In this document: in pieces, positions 23,901 to 35,482 of the stretch
How positions within the stretch are numbered: position 1 is the first letter of the stretch
Layout of the letters: each line of letters begins with the position of its first letter
Assembly: GCA_002633005.1 (NCBI GenBank)
Contig: NMRA01000003.1
Span: 542,696 to 606,695, forward strand
Source of the DNA: Phoronis australis
Lineage: Eukaryota; Animalia; Phoronida
Direction: 5' to 3'
Length of the DNA stretch: 64,000 nt
The notes under the pieces: model-generated
What the model was told of the DNA's origin: nothing
Seen by the model: only the letters and a program-made list of their open reading frames with translations
Databases searched by the model: none
Made by a program: the position numbers and the translations under genes

Positions 23901-26143
23901 CCAACTGAACACATTGGCTCCGATCTGTGGAAGTCAGTAACTGTATTATGTGGTCACAATTAGTTTTCTTCATAGCATAAGGTAGACCCACATGAGTGTA
24001 TTCTGGGCGCTGTCTGAAATTGTTTAAGTCTTCGACTGCATCTCGGGACAAGGATTCGAAATTATTAGACTATAAACGCGTTACGTACGTCACTTAATTG
24101 ATTTGAGTAGAAATTTACTAGAGTACACATGTTAACCCCGGGCACTGAATTCTTATGGTTGCGTGAAATTTCATGGTGTTGCTTACCGTGAATTTTGCGT
24201 ATGAGCACAATATCGGAACAGAGAATACAGAGAAGGTAAGAAATCCATCTGGCTATTATAGGATGTGTCGGATGAACAAGATATGAACACAAGAACTCTA
24301 TAGTTTCTTTCTCGTTGTAAGCGCGTCTGTTGTCCTTGTGAATAGATAGCAAAGACAATGCTTTGAGAATTTCCACTTTTGCCCTGGCGCTTGAATCCTG
24401 CTGCGACATGAAATCCATGATGTGTGGAATTTGTTTTCCAGCAAGGCTGCTCATGGCAGGACCACCTGTTCACAAGCAAACATACATGTACATGTAGTGG
24501 TATGGCCATTATTTGCAGCTTTCGGCGCGATCGCACATATTTCGGTAATAAGACAACCAGTTGTAGGTCCAATGTTTGTCTCTGGCATACCGAAATACAA
24601 ATTTAGGCGTATGCACCAATTACATGCGAGTAAAACCATGAAGGAGCAAGTATTTCAAGTAGTACGTGGGTGAAGATTGATTTATTCCTTACAAAAGTGT
24701 GACATGCTGATGCACGGCCGCTATATGGAAAGTAAGCCTACGTATTAGGAGTACATGTAGATAAAAGACATAAGGGCACACTTGCGCATACACAAAAATA
24801 TCATCGCCTGCTTTCCAGTGGCGCAGCTCACGGTACTTAGCAAATATGAAAGAGGTACCAATATCTGACTACTATAGTACTATGCACTTAAGAGTGATAC
24901 CAAAATGGATATCTGCCTGTGTCTATATTGTAGGGTTGGCCCCTGGGGACCAAGTGGGGACAGCAGATGTTAGAGGCACCAGCCATAACTGATTTAAAAT
25001 GGAGAATCGTGCCCAACTGAGCACCGCATGTCCCATGTCAAAATTCCAGGGTGAAAAGGTTCGGCAGAAAACCAAAGGTATCTCCAAAATTAAGCTATCT
25101 CAAACATTCGAGGTCATTCTAAATCAATTCCATTTTATGATTCAATGCATGCAAACGAATACTAACTATTAAATGACACGTGACATAAGAAAATATTATA
25201 CACTGTAGTCAGGGCTAGCCAAAAACCCGCCAAATATCTCACTCACGTAAACTTAACATCTCACCCACGTAAACTTAACATCTCACCCACGGAATTCTTT
25301 GAAATGTTTTGTTCAATTATATATTTGAAATGCCGGCCAAAGTTGATTTAAATTTAACAATTGTGCCACTCTGAACATCGAACGAAAAGTCGAACTCTGG
25401 AAAGTGCTCGCAAGAAACTTAAAAATGATCCAGCAAAACTGAGCTGGCTAAAACATTTGAGGTATCTTCGGGGTATACCACTTGTCTCGGGATATGACGA
25501 CAGCTTCGCAGCTGCAAAATTTGCTCTGAAATTCGGTTTGCTGGTATCAAAATTCTAAAAACTAATAAAGAAGTGAAACCAGTTCCGATAATGTGTTGTG
25601 GCGGGCACGCAACCTTGTGAAAGAGGAACAGTTGATTGAAGAATGGGTGAAAAAAGAAACTTGAAATATATCATGGCGCCGAAAGCCGATGCAAATATCG
25701 TACCACAGTTTTTGCAGCAGAACACCAACATTTCCAGCACCGGCAAATAATTAAGTTTACTCAAGAAAGAGTGTAGATTTTAATGACACTAATTTTCTGT
25801 CAGATTTTATCTGGTCAGTTTTGTACCCACATAGGCGTCAAGTTGTAGGCCTATATTTAGTAGGCCTACACAGCTTTGTACCAAAGCTACTTTGCACCAA
25901 GCCGCTAAACTTAATGATCAAATCTGAGCTCTTAAACTTACTGAAATATGAATTCAACGAAAGACATCTGACAGCCTCCAAGCGACCTTCTTCTGATTCC
26001 GAAAATGGGTTTGCAATAACTTGGACTTGTTTGTAAATTTCGCGTATTATTTCATCAGTGATGTCGACATGCTCTCCCGCAGACAAGTCTTTCAAACTTC
26101 TTAAACCGTCTGTTGGCGTCAAAAGCCTTCTAACCACGTTCAT
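20965..26143 (-). CDS. ARMH2: Armadillo-like helical domain-containing protein 2 (ARMH2/C6orf229)-like; exons 25942-26143, 24187-24465, 21467-21682, 20965-21230 (or ending at the stop at 21432 if the last intron is not used)
   Basis: All junctions are GT-AG and phase 1. Spliced product: ...EEGRLEAVRCLSLNSYF|SGPAMSSLAGKQIPHIMDF...AKVEILKALS...ARWISYLLCILC...IH|GVSHIAQAIYPLAFDNIPWNGWRHNYALRLFNLLGF... This parallels recalled ARMH2 motifs (RAQAAQKIGLLAFTGGP; FWTCYVLSVM; NWSGWTENFAEVLYFLIGF). An acceptor at 26146 implies a further upstream exon. Confidence 0.78.
22632..22998. mobile_element. MITE with ~17-bp TIRs in an ARMH2-like intron
   Basis: CCGGGGTTTTCCGTAGA ... TCTACGGAAAATCCCGG. The interior matches 1301-1400 and 5200-5276. 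Confidence 0.75.
23263..23359. mobile_element. 97-bp palindromic MITE with 8-bp TSD (P-element-like CANRG termini)
   Basis: CACAGGCGTCCTCAGCTTCTGATCGTCCCCAATACACTACATAT and its exact reverse complement, flanked by GTGCAAAG on both sides (23255-23262 and 23360-23367). Confidence 0.9.
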
Positions 26144-27141
26144 CTCTGATATTTGAAATAGTAACGTGTGTGCTGCGCTGTAAATAAACCACGTGCAACT
26201 TCATGCGATGTGGCGCGTGAAAAACGCTCTTGTGGACATGACTTCCATTACGCGTATTTCTCAACCTGTGACTGCTACTCCTGTTTCGCAGAAATCGTCA
26301 TATTGCTCAACCGAAACAAGCATGTCGAATCTTGATCTGTATGAAGATACAGTTGGCTCAATGGAAAGTAGGTTCAATATTGGACAAAACTACCTGTGTA
26401 GCATGGGCGAAACTAGTGGAGTGTGAGAACAATTTGCTTCGACGTCCTCTCATTTGTAAGATTCATGTACGTATTTACGTCAGCATTAGGGAGTAAGTGA
26501 ATGCTTAAGCCTGGACCACCTACATGTCTGATCTGACCCATTATGAGCATTTTGATCCATTATGTCCATTTTGACCCACCATGTCCTTTTCAAACTGGTC
26601 AAAACAGAAGTGCAGCTTTGCATCGATATAGGTAAAAATGGGCAAAAATAAAATCTGAAACAAAGCTAATGTACTCATGCTTAAGTTATCTAACGGTGAT
26701 AAAATTGCCGTTCTGTCGTTTTTCTACTGATTAAGTTGTGGAGTTTTCTTGGCGTCAGCATGAAATAACTTGGACGCCATTGATTAGCCAATTTCTTTTT
26801 TCGCCGATTCTTCAATCAACTGTTCTACCACAAGGTTTGCGTACACAACAAATTATCGTAATTGTTTTCCCTTCGTTATAAGTTTTTAGTATTTTAATAC
26901 CATCAAACTGAATTTCGGACAAGCAAAATTTGCTTCGGTGAAACTGTCCGGCATCATCTCTAAAAAGACGTCGCAAAAATTTAGCAGTTGGAGAGTGCTC
27001 ATGTCAAATTATAAGCCAACCAGCTAACTGTATGAAGACTATCGTCAAAATGTAGCTAGGTACCACTGTGTGTTAATCTTCTATAGACCCCGAATTGCCG
27101 CGGGTAGTTCTGCTCGTCACCTTGTATCAACATGTAAACTT

Positions 27142-28050
27142 CAGTGGCGGATCTAGGATATCACAAGGGGGGGGCAACTTTTTGTTCGGCTGTAAGCATT
27201 TGCGCAAACTGAACCACGATTGTAGATGCGCATAGCACCGAANNNNNNNNNNNNNNNNNNNNNNNNNNNNNNNNNNNNNNNNNNNNNNNNNNNNNNNNNN
27301 NNNNNNNNNNNNNNNNNNNNNNNNNNNNNNNNNNNNNNNNNNNNNNNNNNNNNNNNNNNNNNNNNNNNNNNNNNNNNNNNNNNNNNNNNNNNNNNNNNNN
27401 NNNNNNNNNNNNNNNNNNNNNNNNNNNNNNNNNNNNNNNNNNNNNNNNNNNNACGTTTTATATTTTGTGCCATCAATTCTTAACAAATTTGTCGTATTTG
27501 AAATAGTCTTCAAATGCCCAAAAGACCAAATCCATTTTTCGTGTTGGCAATAATGACGGGATTGCTTTGGAAACCGTCTTAAGATAAGGTTTGACAAAGA
27601 GAGTATTGCGAGTTTCTGAGTGATTCACTAAGGCTTCGATTAAAATTCACATCTTACCAGCAGCTTCTGTTTTTTCATCGCCACTCAGGTTCCATTTTCT
27701 TTAAAAAATGAAGTAAATTTTTTTCATTGTACAGTTGAGCAGACGACGGAAACGGAGTCGTAGTGCACAGCGCCGCTGCCGGTCGCCTAGGATATCGCGG
27801 GAGATTCTATACTAAGCCATAGTTCCGTTACGAACGCGCCGTGTTCCGAATTTGACACTTGAAATTGGATTTGAGCCCCCCCCCAACACTAAAACTGCAC
27901 ACATTTAAGTCTTTTTTCATCCGTATAATTTTAATTACCGGGGTTAATTAATAAACTCAACATTTCCCTACGGTCTTACTGTTTTATTTTTTTGCGGCAG
28001 CCAAGGGGGGGGGCCGGGCCCCCTGGCCTCCCCCCCTAAATCCGCCTATG
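27142..28050. mobile_element. hAT-like MITE (CAGTGGCGGAT...ATCCGCCTATG) with 5-bp TSD AACTT; spans an N-gap
   Basis: Termini and flanking AACTT seen directly. It interrupts the host element relative to the uninterrupted copy at ~3030-3070. A related right end lies at ~20870-20884. Confidence 0.7.
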
Positions 28051-28844
28051 AACTTAAAGACCGGACGGGGTGCATGCAAAATCAAGGAATCAACCGACAC
28101 TCACCTTGCCCGTTACAGCCGTTTAAGTGAAAAACTATCTAATAAACGTCATTTTCTTGAGTAATACTCCGCCTTTTCTAACAAAGAAAAACTACGCCGT
28201 CGTTTCGAAAACAGTACGCTAATGACACGCGCACGCGCCATTTCCTAAATTTTGCGACATCTCTCGGGAGATGATGATAGCTTGGCAGCAACAAAATTTC
28301 TTCAGAAATTCGGTTTGCTGGTATCGAAATTCTAAAAACTTACAATGAAACGAAACCATGTCCAATAATTTGTCGTGACGTGTACGCAATCATCTTGAAA
28401 GAACAACAGTTGATTGAAGAATCGGCGAAAAAAGAAACTGACCAATAGGTGACGCAATATTTCATGGCGCGGAAAGCCAACGCAGAAGATCGCTCCACAA
28501 CTTTACCAGCTGAATAACAGTAGAAAGCCAATTTTCCAAAACCAGAATTAATTACTCAAATAACTGTGTAGTTTTTAATGACATTAATTTTTAGTCATAT
28601 TTTAGCTGGTCAGTTTTTACCCACATCGATGTAAAGCGGTATATTTAGTATACACTTTTGTACCAAGGCAAACGTTAAACGAGCTTACTGTTTTCAAGTT
28701 GACGACAAACTTTTCTTTGCCACAGAAGTTGGAACGCGATAACGGGTAAGAGGGGTGACGGTTTCGCCTGCAACCCCGTCGTTCGCTAGCTCTATACGTT
28801 GATATGAGTGCCACATCGAGGTGACGAACGGTAGTAACTGGGCG

Positions 28845-29138
28845 CAGTGGCTGATCTACGATACCATAAGGGGGGCCCAAGATGTTGCCTCAAAGAATTG
28901 GGCAAAGCGCGATTGTTGCGGGGGCTGGCTATGTTGGCCCTGGTGTACCCAAATACCCAAATTCTATCGGAGGACTAAAAAAAGAACGGGAACACGGTTC
29001 CGCCGCGCTCTGCCCCCCTCCACCCCCAATGCCATTCCAAACTGGTGGCACTCGATATTTCTTCACGCTGCCGCTGTTTAATTTCCTTGCACCAGCCAAG
29101 GGGGGCGGGCCCTCTGGGCCCCCCTAAATCTGCCTACA
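28845..29138. mobile_element. Second hAT-like MITE of the same terminal type
   Basis: CAGTGGCTGATCTA...CAGCCAAGGGGGG.GGGCC...CCCCCCTAAATCTGCCTACA, with flanks GGGCG and GCGCG. Confidence 0.65.
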
Positions 29139-31065
29139 GCGCGGTATGAAGTTTCGAGGTCTATGTGAAGTTAACATACAGTGGGTTTTAGCTACATTTT
29201 GACGCTAATCTTCATGCAGCTGGCTGGCTGACTAGTTCTAATCCACCTTAGGGAAATATAATTCATTTTAATAATAAGCCAGAGTATCAAAGCCGCCTTA
29301 ACGGGTAGAAATTGATTTCAAGGGCAAAAATTCAACGCAATCGATCAAAACGAATGAAACTGTTCTAATCCACCTTTGTAACATATAAATGATTTTATGT
29401 TCGAAACTTGGACTGAATAAGAATCACGCGTCGCAAGCTCGTTTCCTGAGATTTGAGACCAAACAAATGTATCAAAACCGACTTAACGAGTTAAAATTGA
29501 ATTCAAGGGCGAAAATGGATCTAACAAGCAAAAATAACACAGTAATGGGCTAAATGGACATGATTGGTAGAAATAGACATAATGAGCTAAAATAGAATAA
29601 TGTACAAAATAGGTCACGACACATGTCAGACCTAATAGCCTTTGGTTCTTGCAGGACTTTTGCTTCAAGGACCTAGGAGTCGAGATTGTTAATGTTTATT
29701 TAGTTAACAAATCTCATGCAACATAACATGCCAGCCATCATCAACCGGTATAATTTACATGATTTATTATCACTTCAGCCATAATAATTGATCAAAAGAG
29801 GTTTTTCATCAAAGACGATAATCGTGACGATCAGACTGATATCTAGTCAGCTATCTATCTGTGCGCAGTGGGCCTATGACCGAACGTTAAAACACAGATA
29901 GTGAACGACGTGGGTAAATTAAAATTTGGAAATTTATGCAAAGGTCGATTTTTCAGGTCGCCGAAACTATTTGCGGTTTTCGCGCAACAAAATATGCATC
30001 AAAATGTAGCGCACCCAACGGTGCGTTAGTTATTGCAACTTCGACATTCAAATGCCTTCTACCTTGTCCGTTACAGCTGTTTAAAAGAAACACAATTTCA
30101 TCGTGAACGTCATCATCTTACGTCACTTTTTGTACAAAAAAGTCGGAATACAGATTTCGGTTTCGGTGGTAATAAAATACTCTAAATATCTAACTTCCGG
30201 TTATGTCTTGTTACGTGAATCGTGCGCAGTCTTGAGAAAAAAACAACAATGAGTTCAACTATCCACGAAAACAGAAACTGGCCAAGAGGTAGTGCTCAAC
30301 TTCAACGGCGCTCAAAGTTGGCGCATATGATTGCTCCACAAACCAAAAGATTGTTTAGAACTCTAGATAGAAAAATGTCCAAATCTAGCAAACTTCGGAA
30401 CATTGTATTTCAGAATTGGCTGACTGGATTCATACGAAACTTTCAGGCACCATCCTCAATGCATTGTTTTCCAAAATGATATTAGGAATTACTCTTAAAA
30501 CGTACTTTTTTGTATGAGAGATTATCAAAAATAGGACTTTTATCACCGTTATGAAAAAATAAAACGAAAGCGAAATGTTAATTTAGAAAACTGTAACACA
30601 CCGTTTTTGAGATTTGATTTTGAACACTTATATGACACAAAATATGGCCATGTTATTGATGCTATTGTTTTGCTGTAGAAGTGCCTTTCTTTTTTGGCTA
30701 AATTTTACTTAAATGTGACCCAATGGATGACAGATTGGTATAAAGTCAAACATCAAATTTTCTAGGCTTTCTACTTACAGAAAATATCTACTTTTATTAA
30801 GTTAAAATCTATACTTTTGTAGATATTTTGCAAAATACGTAGACTGATAGATAAAATCCTACACGGCTTTGAAACGCGCTCCTTTACCGGCATTAACCAA
30901 ATTAGCGTACCCAATGAAGAGTGTATGATGACATTGACTTTATACAAAATTTTGTTTCGCCCACTCTTTACCCAGATCGTTCGAAAGCTACTTATAATAT
31001 TTATACAGCTTTGCCTCAAGGATAACTAATATAAGACTGATGACCATTTATCATCTGAATCTGAT

Positions 31066-34000
31066 ATGAGCTCACGTCAAGTAACTAATGATGGGGTGAT
31101 ATCTGGTAACATACGCGGAGATCTCATCAAAGCGTTGGAAGCTCTGGAAGCCAACAACTGGGACAAAGACTGAACTAATATCTATTGTAGTTTAGGCTAA
31201 GAATTAACGGCTAATTACATACACATGGTTTGTTTTTCAAGATCGAGAACATTCGCCTTTAGAGCAGCATATTAAAACGCTGAGGTTGTTAAGGAATGAA
31301 GTAAAGGACATGCGCCGACGAGTGCGTGACGTAGAAGCCTCGGTATCGTCTGTAAGTCCAGCTGGATATATTTTGGTTGTAGTTCTGGGGCCCGTTCCAA
31401 GAAAATTGACTTAGCTAAGACAAATTTAAATTTTAGTCAATTTTAAAATAAAACTTAAATTTGTCTTCTTAAGTCCGTTCAAAGAAAGAAATTTAAAGTT
31501 TGACTTACGTTTTGTCTTTAGTTTGACTAACTTACCGGATGTGGAAGTTTCAAAGTTTGGAGGTTAGTGAAACAAACCTTAGACTGTTTCATGAAAAGTG
31601 CATCTTACTTCAGACAGACATTCGGTCTTACATTCCCATTTCACAACTACCAAATAAATGTTTAGTTATGTAATAATTAAAGGAAAGATATAAATTAAGC
31701 AATTGGATAAAGTACATTGCTCTGGCCAAGGCAATGAAAATTTCAGATAGTCCGATTAATGATGGAGCCAGCAGCATGCACGACTTTGCACCGGATCGGA
31801 TTGATACGCGATGGACAAAAGATGCATTACTCTCCAGAGAGACATCAGTTCTTGATGTAGAACACAGAAGAATTATATGCTGACCAGCAAATCAAACAGA
31901 TTTATACCCATGCCTTTTAAACTGTTGCTCCAACCTCATTTGAAAGTTTTTAAGTATTATCACATTCATAAAAAAGTTTACACAAAACATTTTTTAAAGA
32001 AAATGAAAATAGTCCAAAACTACAAATGCTCATTTTGCGGAGTGGTAGAAACTTTTAATCACTTGTTTTTGGGATGTGATGAGCATATACTTTCTTTTTG
32101 GAATAAATTACAAATTTGGATTTCAAACGTCGTTGGAGATAACCTGTTACTGGCTGAAAAGCGTATCCTGCTATTTGCATAGGTTGGAGATCATGGCTAC
32201 GAAATTAATCACGTATTAACGTTAGCTCAGTACTTTATATATACTTGTTCGAAGTCTTCATGTATTTTTGTACTTCAGAGGTTTCGCCCAATTTTATTTG
32301 ACACTGTCAAGACATGAAAAAGTATGAAATCTAGAGAATTACCCCCTGACTTGCTGGGATTTTTGAAACCCTTATACATTGAGTATAAATTCAAGCAGAG
32401 CTGGAATGTGTGAATGTTAGAGTGAATGTGTTTGTGTTTGTTTACTTTTCTACTGTATTCCATTGTTAATATTAGTTTATGCAAATAAACTTAAAAAAAA
32501 AAATAATTAGAATATCACCGTCTGGAAATATTTCGTGCATTTTTCCCTAATAAATGACAATTACAGGTATATTCCCAGATACGTAAATCTTTTGCTTATT
32601 TGAGTTTAAATCATTTTCGAAAATAGTTGTGTGGAGCGCAAGACCGGCCATCCGTCTGTTATAAGTCTCTTTCGTCTATGGTCTATACTTTCATGAAACG
32701 GGCCCCTGATATTTATGTGTGTATTTGAACGTTTTTTCAAATGAAAACAAATTCTTGTTGACATGAGTGACACCATCTGGAACTCCTCGCGAATTTTGGT
32801 TGCCTCTAATTATCATATCTGCGCATGTGGGAATTTCAGTCATAACAGCAAAGGGGTTTAGGAGGGTTAAAAATAGTGGGTATCGGCCTAGCAGGTTTCA
32901 AAAAATGTACACAACCTCATTTTCAATCCGTGTTCTACCTCTTGGAATATTGTTATTTGACATTTTAATTGGTTATCACAGCGGCACTCGACGGTACTCT
33001 CCATTTTGAAAGTCTTACGAGTTTCGGTTCGACTTAAGTTTGCACATGCGCACATGTGAAACACCTCCGAGGACATTTGAGTCCACTAAAATAACCGAGG
33101 TATTCCGGATGGAATAACGCACATCACTTTTCTCGGAAAATGGAGAAAGTTGAGCACGGAATACAAAGACACTGCTACTCACTAGACACGACTTCCGTCA
33201 GGATCCAACTGCCAGAGCCTCTTGTAGCACTTGTAGTCTGTGGCTTATATGCTTTTTTGAGATAGACGAGTAATTTCCATTGCACCGCCAACTTCAGTTT
33301 CTACATGCGTCGCAATTTTTCTTATTGTGACTGGAGAGGAAATTATGGCTGATAAAACGAAATTAACCCCAATGAGAAATTTATAATAACTTAGTAGTTC
33401 TTACAGATATAAGTTCAAACAAGTTCAAACATTAGCCCTGCTATGTACTTAAGCGTTTTCAAAATCGTTCGGTCGGTATATTGAACAGCATTTCGAAATC
33501 TTGACCATCCTCACAGTGATAATTACTCTCAACTTTGCAGATGTTGTATGTGGTACGGTTTGTTATGGAGTTTTACGAGAGTTTCAAGAATTTCTTGTTC
33601 CTCGCGGTACCTGTGATGCTGGCTTTTCTCGTAGAGCATTTTCCCGACACTTCACATCACTTCCCAGAGCACAGTGAGAACATTCAGGTACGGACATGCT
33701 AGTCGATTTATCATACTTCTGCATGATACCGACTCCATGGTTACATAGTCTAAATGGAAAATTAATATTAATTTTGAGTACTTCCAAGAGGTGAAACAAG
33801 TCGCATGAAACCTGCGAACAACTAATTGAAATCTGTGACTAAGAGCCATGTCACGTCAAGTTAAAGTTCGAATCCGTATAAAGATGATGAAACGATCTGG
33901 GGAAGGGTGAAAACGGGTAAAGTTTGACCAAAAGCATACGTCGAGTGCAATTCCGCCCATGTAATACTCACACCGATTGCATAAAGAGTCTTCAAAACTT

Positions 34001-35318
34001 TTTCGATTCTCATTCAATTTTAGTCCCGGCTGTTGTTTTCAATATTCTTGAGAACGCTCCGCATGTCTATAATCTCATGGTCTATTTACACCAAACAATT
34101 AATCTATTTACGTAGACAAGTGTGGATACACCTGAATGCATTATTCATTTACAAGCTAAAATGATTATCTTGCCACCATCTTGCATATTGCAAAGGCTGT
34201 TTATTTCCGACTTTGGCCATTGCAAGTCAGTGTAGCACGATCCTCAATAATTATACTACTATTTTAGATAGCACGTTTTTCTTGGCATATTTCCAACGTC
34301 TATTGATTTTTCAAAATTTGCTCTTAATAATCGTTTTAAATGATCTCCTTTTAAACCTACATTTCACCCTGTTTACCTCGTTAACAACAAAAAGCAAATT
34401 GTCCTTTAACTCTCATAAAATCGATATCATAATATTTCTTACCGTGGTGGTATTTTATTTCCGCTATCAAAACGAACATCGAAACCATTAGCAACTCAGA
34501 AAAACTGCAGTTTTTTCATGTTGGGTCACCGCATTGCCTTTGACTTGAGTTGACGGCTCATTCGGCAATAATTCAAGATTGGATAAGGGCGTTAATGTTC
34601 AAAACCACAAAGCGCTTCAGTTAAAAAAAAATCAACATTGAGGACTAAACGGGCGCAATGCAGCATTGAGTTCGTCTCGACAGTGATGGTAACTCGATTC
34701 CAACAGGCGACTTTTTATGCAGGTGCCCGTTTCATGGAACTCACTTAAGTTTATTTTTTACTTGAGAATAAGATTTGTCTCAACTTTCGAACTTTGAAAC
34801 TTCCACATCCGGTAAGTTAGTCGAACTTTAGACAAAACTTAGTCAAAAACTTAACTCCAACTTAAGATCACTTTTTTGAAATGGAAGTTTTATTTTAAAA
34901 TTGGCTTAAATTTAACATTTGTCTTAGCTAAGCCAGTTTTCTTGAAACGGGCCCCAGAACTCGCGAGATGTTGGAATTTTCATAGTTGATAACTGAGAAA
35001 TGTTAATTTCACCGCTAGAATGTTAATACTGATACTGTTTTATTGCAGATGATAAAGGCAGTTGTCCTGTTCGTTTTGTTTACAATCGCCGTACTGCTGG
35101 GACTGCCACTTTTCATCTGCGGTAGGAAAGAGCTGAACGCGCTCTATCAAACAGCGCACATGTACATGGTCAGTAGGATTGGAGAAAACATCGGCGCCGG
35201 AGACAGTCCAAACTCAGAAGCTATGGATTTCTCCGAAATTGATGACGAAGAACAAAATGACATTGAAGAGGAGGTTACTGATCTGAATTTCGCCGGAGAC
35301 AGACCGGGAATACAATGA
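31066..35318 (+). CDS. Uncharacterised 139-aa coiled-coil + single transmembrane protein with acidic C-terminus; exons 31066-31105, 31242-31351, 35049-35318
   Basis: Phase-compatible GT-AG junctions: TCTG|GTAACA..TTTTTCAAG| and TCT|GTAAGT..TTTTTATTGCAG|. Product: MSSRQVTNDGVIS D REHSPLEQHIKTLRLLRNEVKDMRRRVRDVEASVSS MIKAVVLFVLFTIAVLLGLPLFICGRK...EIDDEEQNDIEEEVTD... Confidence 0.6.
31385..31605. mobile_element. PIF/Harbinger-like MITE, inverted relative to the copy at 34720-34957
   Basis: Left end CTGGGGCCCGTTCCAAGAAA. Core ACTAACTTACCGGATGTGGAAGTTTCAAAGTT is the reverse complement of 34789-34821. Confidence 0.75.
31900..32503 (+). mobile_element. 5'-truncated LINE 3' end (L1/Tx1-like zf-RVT remnant) with poly(A) tail
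   Basis: LKKMKIVQNYKCSFCGVVETFNHLFLGC...FWNKLQIWI is the CCHC zinc-knuckle C-terminal to RT. It is followed by stops, AATAAA and an A-run at ~32483-32503. Confidence 0.75.
34720..34957. mobile_element. PIF/Harbinger-like MITE with CWG-type target duplication
   Basis: CAG|GTGCCCGTTTCATGGAAC ... TTTCTTGAAACGGGCCC|CAG. Related isolated ends TTTCATGAAACGG.CCCCTG occur at ~8711-8730 and ~32689-32708. Confidence 0.75.
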
Positions 35319-35482
35319 CAACAAACTGTTACATTTAATATTTCATACAAAGATACGATAAAGTTACAAAGAAACGCAAATAATTGTCTTTAAACCTAGA
35401 TTATAGTTTTTAATGCTATTGCTAGTTCTTACGTAACTAAATATATAGAAACTTTCATTTGTAAATGAATCTCTTTTATAGT

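Larger units (their letters stand above)
27013..29230. mobile_element. ~2.2-kb non-autonomous TIR element carrying two nested MITEs
   Basis: GCCAACCAGCT..CTGTATGAAGACTATCGTCAAAATGTAGCTAG..CCACTGT (27015-27070) is inverted to ACAGTGG..TAGCTACATTTTGACGCTAATCTTCATGCAGCTGGCTGGCTG (29178-29230). Confidence 0.75.

Noticed and set aside
27127-27597. ORFs spanning N runs
   Set aside because: Artefacts of the assembly gap at 27243-27452.
27658-27698. 41-nt phase-compatible upstream micro-exon for the ARMH2-like gene
   Set aside because: It lies inside a nested MITE next to a gap and has no homology support.
33560-34120. Coding-looking fragments on the minus strand inside the orphan gene intron
   Set aside because: Multiple stops and no recognisable domain or consistent splice pattern.
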